Of a stretch of 15,808 nucleotides of DNA, positions 15,783-15,808 are shown one piece after another (position 1 is the stretch's first letter; each line of letters starts with the position of its first letter). Source of the DNA: Methanothrix sp. (GTDB taxonomy: Archaea > Halobacteriota > Methanosarcinia > Methanotrichales > Methanotrichaceae); assembly GCA_037128175.1 (NCBI GenBank), contig JBAXWY010000055.1, positions 1 through 15,808 of the forward strand, read 5' to 3'. The position numbers and the translations under genes were made by a program. The notes under the pieces were generated by a model. It made no database searches. It saw only the letters and a program-made list of their open reading frames with translations, and had not been told where the DNA came from.

Positions 15783-15808
15783 GAGAAACCTCCGAGAAAA
15801 GTGCGTTT
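15756..15808. mobile_element. Possible insertion-sequence end interrupting hsdS
   Basis: HsdS-like sequence stops at ...CATGAG|CGAGGATTCCTATTT; resembles, from memory only, IS1634-type left ends; no transposase visible. Confidence 0.35.

Noticed and set aside
1-15808. CRISPR array, tRNA/rRNA, integrase or transposase gene
   Set aside because: No regularly spaced repeats, RNA-gene signatures or recombinase/transposase motifs seen

Overview
Archaeal accessory region, most likely from a methanogen of Methanosarcinales/Methanotrichales type (MC1, DUF1699, TATA-type promoters); the taxon is an inference. Left part: DUF1699, a small ORF, a double-CDGSH Fe-S protein gene broken by an in-frame TAA, chromatin protein MC1, a relic of a type IIG-like RM C-terminus, a secreted protein, a frameshifted ComEC/Rec2-like MBL hydrolase with DUF3006, paired REP-like hairpins, a transglutaminase-like lipoprotein lacking a canonical start, and a RidA with a signal peptide. 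Middle: two paralogous double-wHTH genes, one followed by an AbiEii/DUF6036-like nucleotidyltransferase and the other by a relic of the same junction. Right part: an AT-rich gene fusing a voltage-sensor-like S1-S4 domain to a CorA/ZntB channel, a Schlafen(AlbA_2)-HATPase-HTH gene between ~46-bp direct repeats with a 13-6-13 inverted repeat at its 3' end, an AT-rich two-gene cassette of unknown function, and type I RM hsdM plus an abruptly truncated hsdS. Family assignments come from motif recognition by eye; no searches were run.
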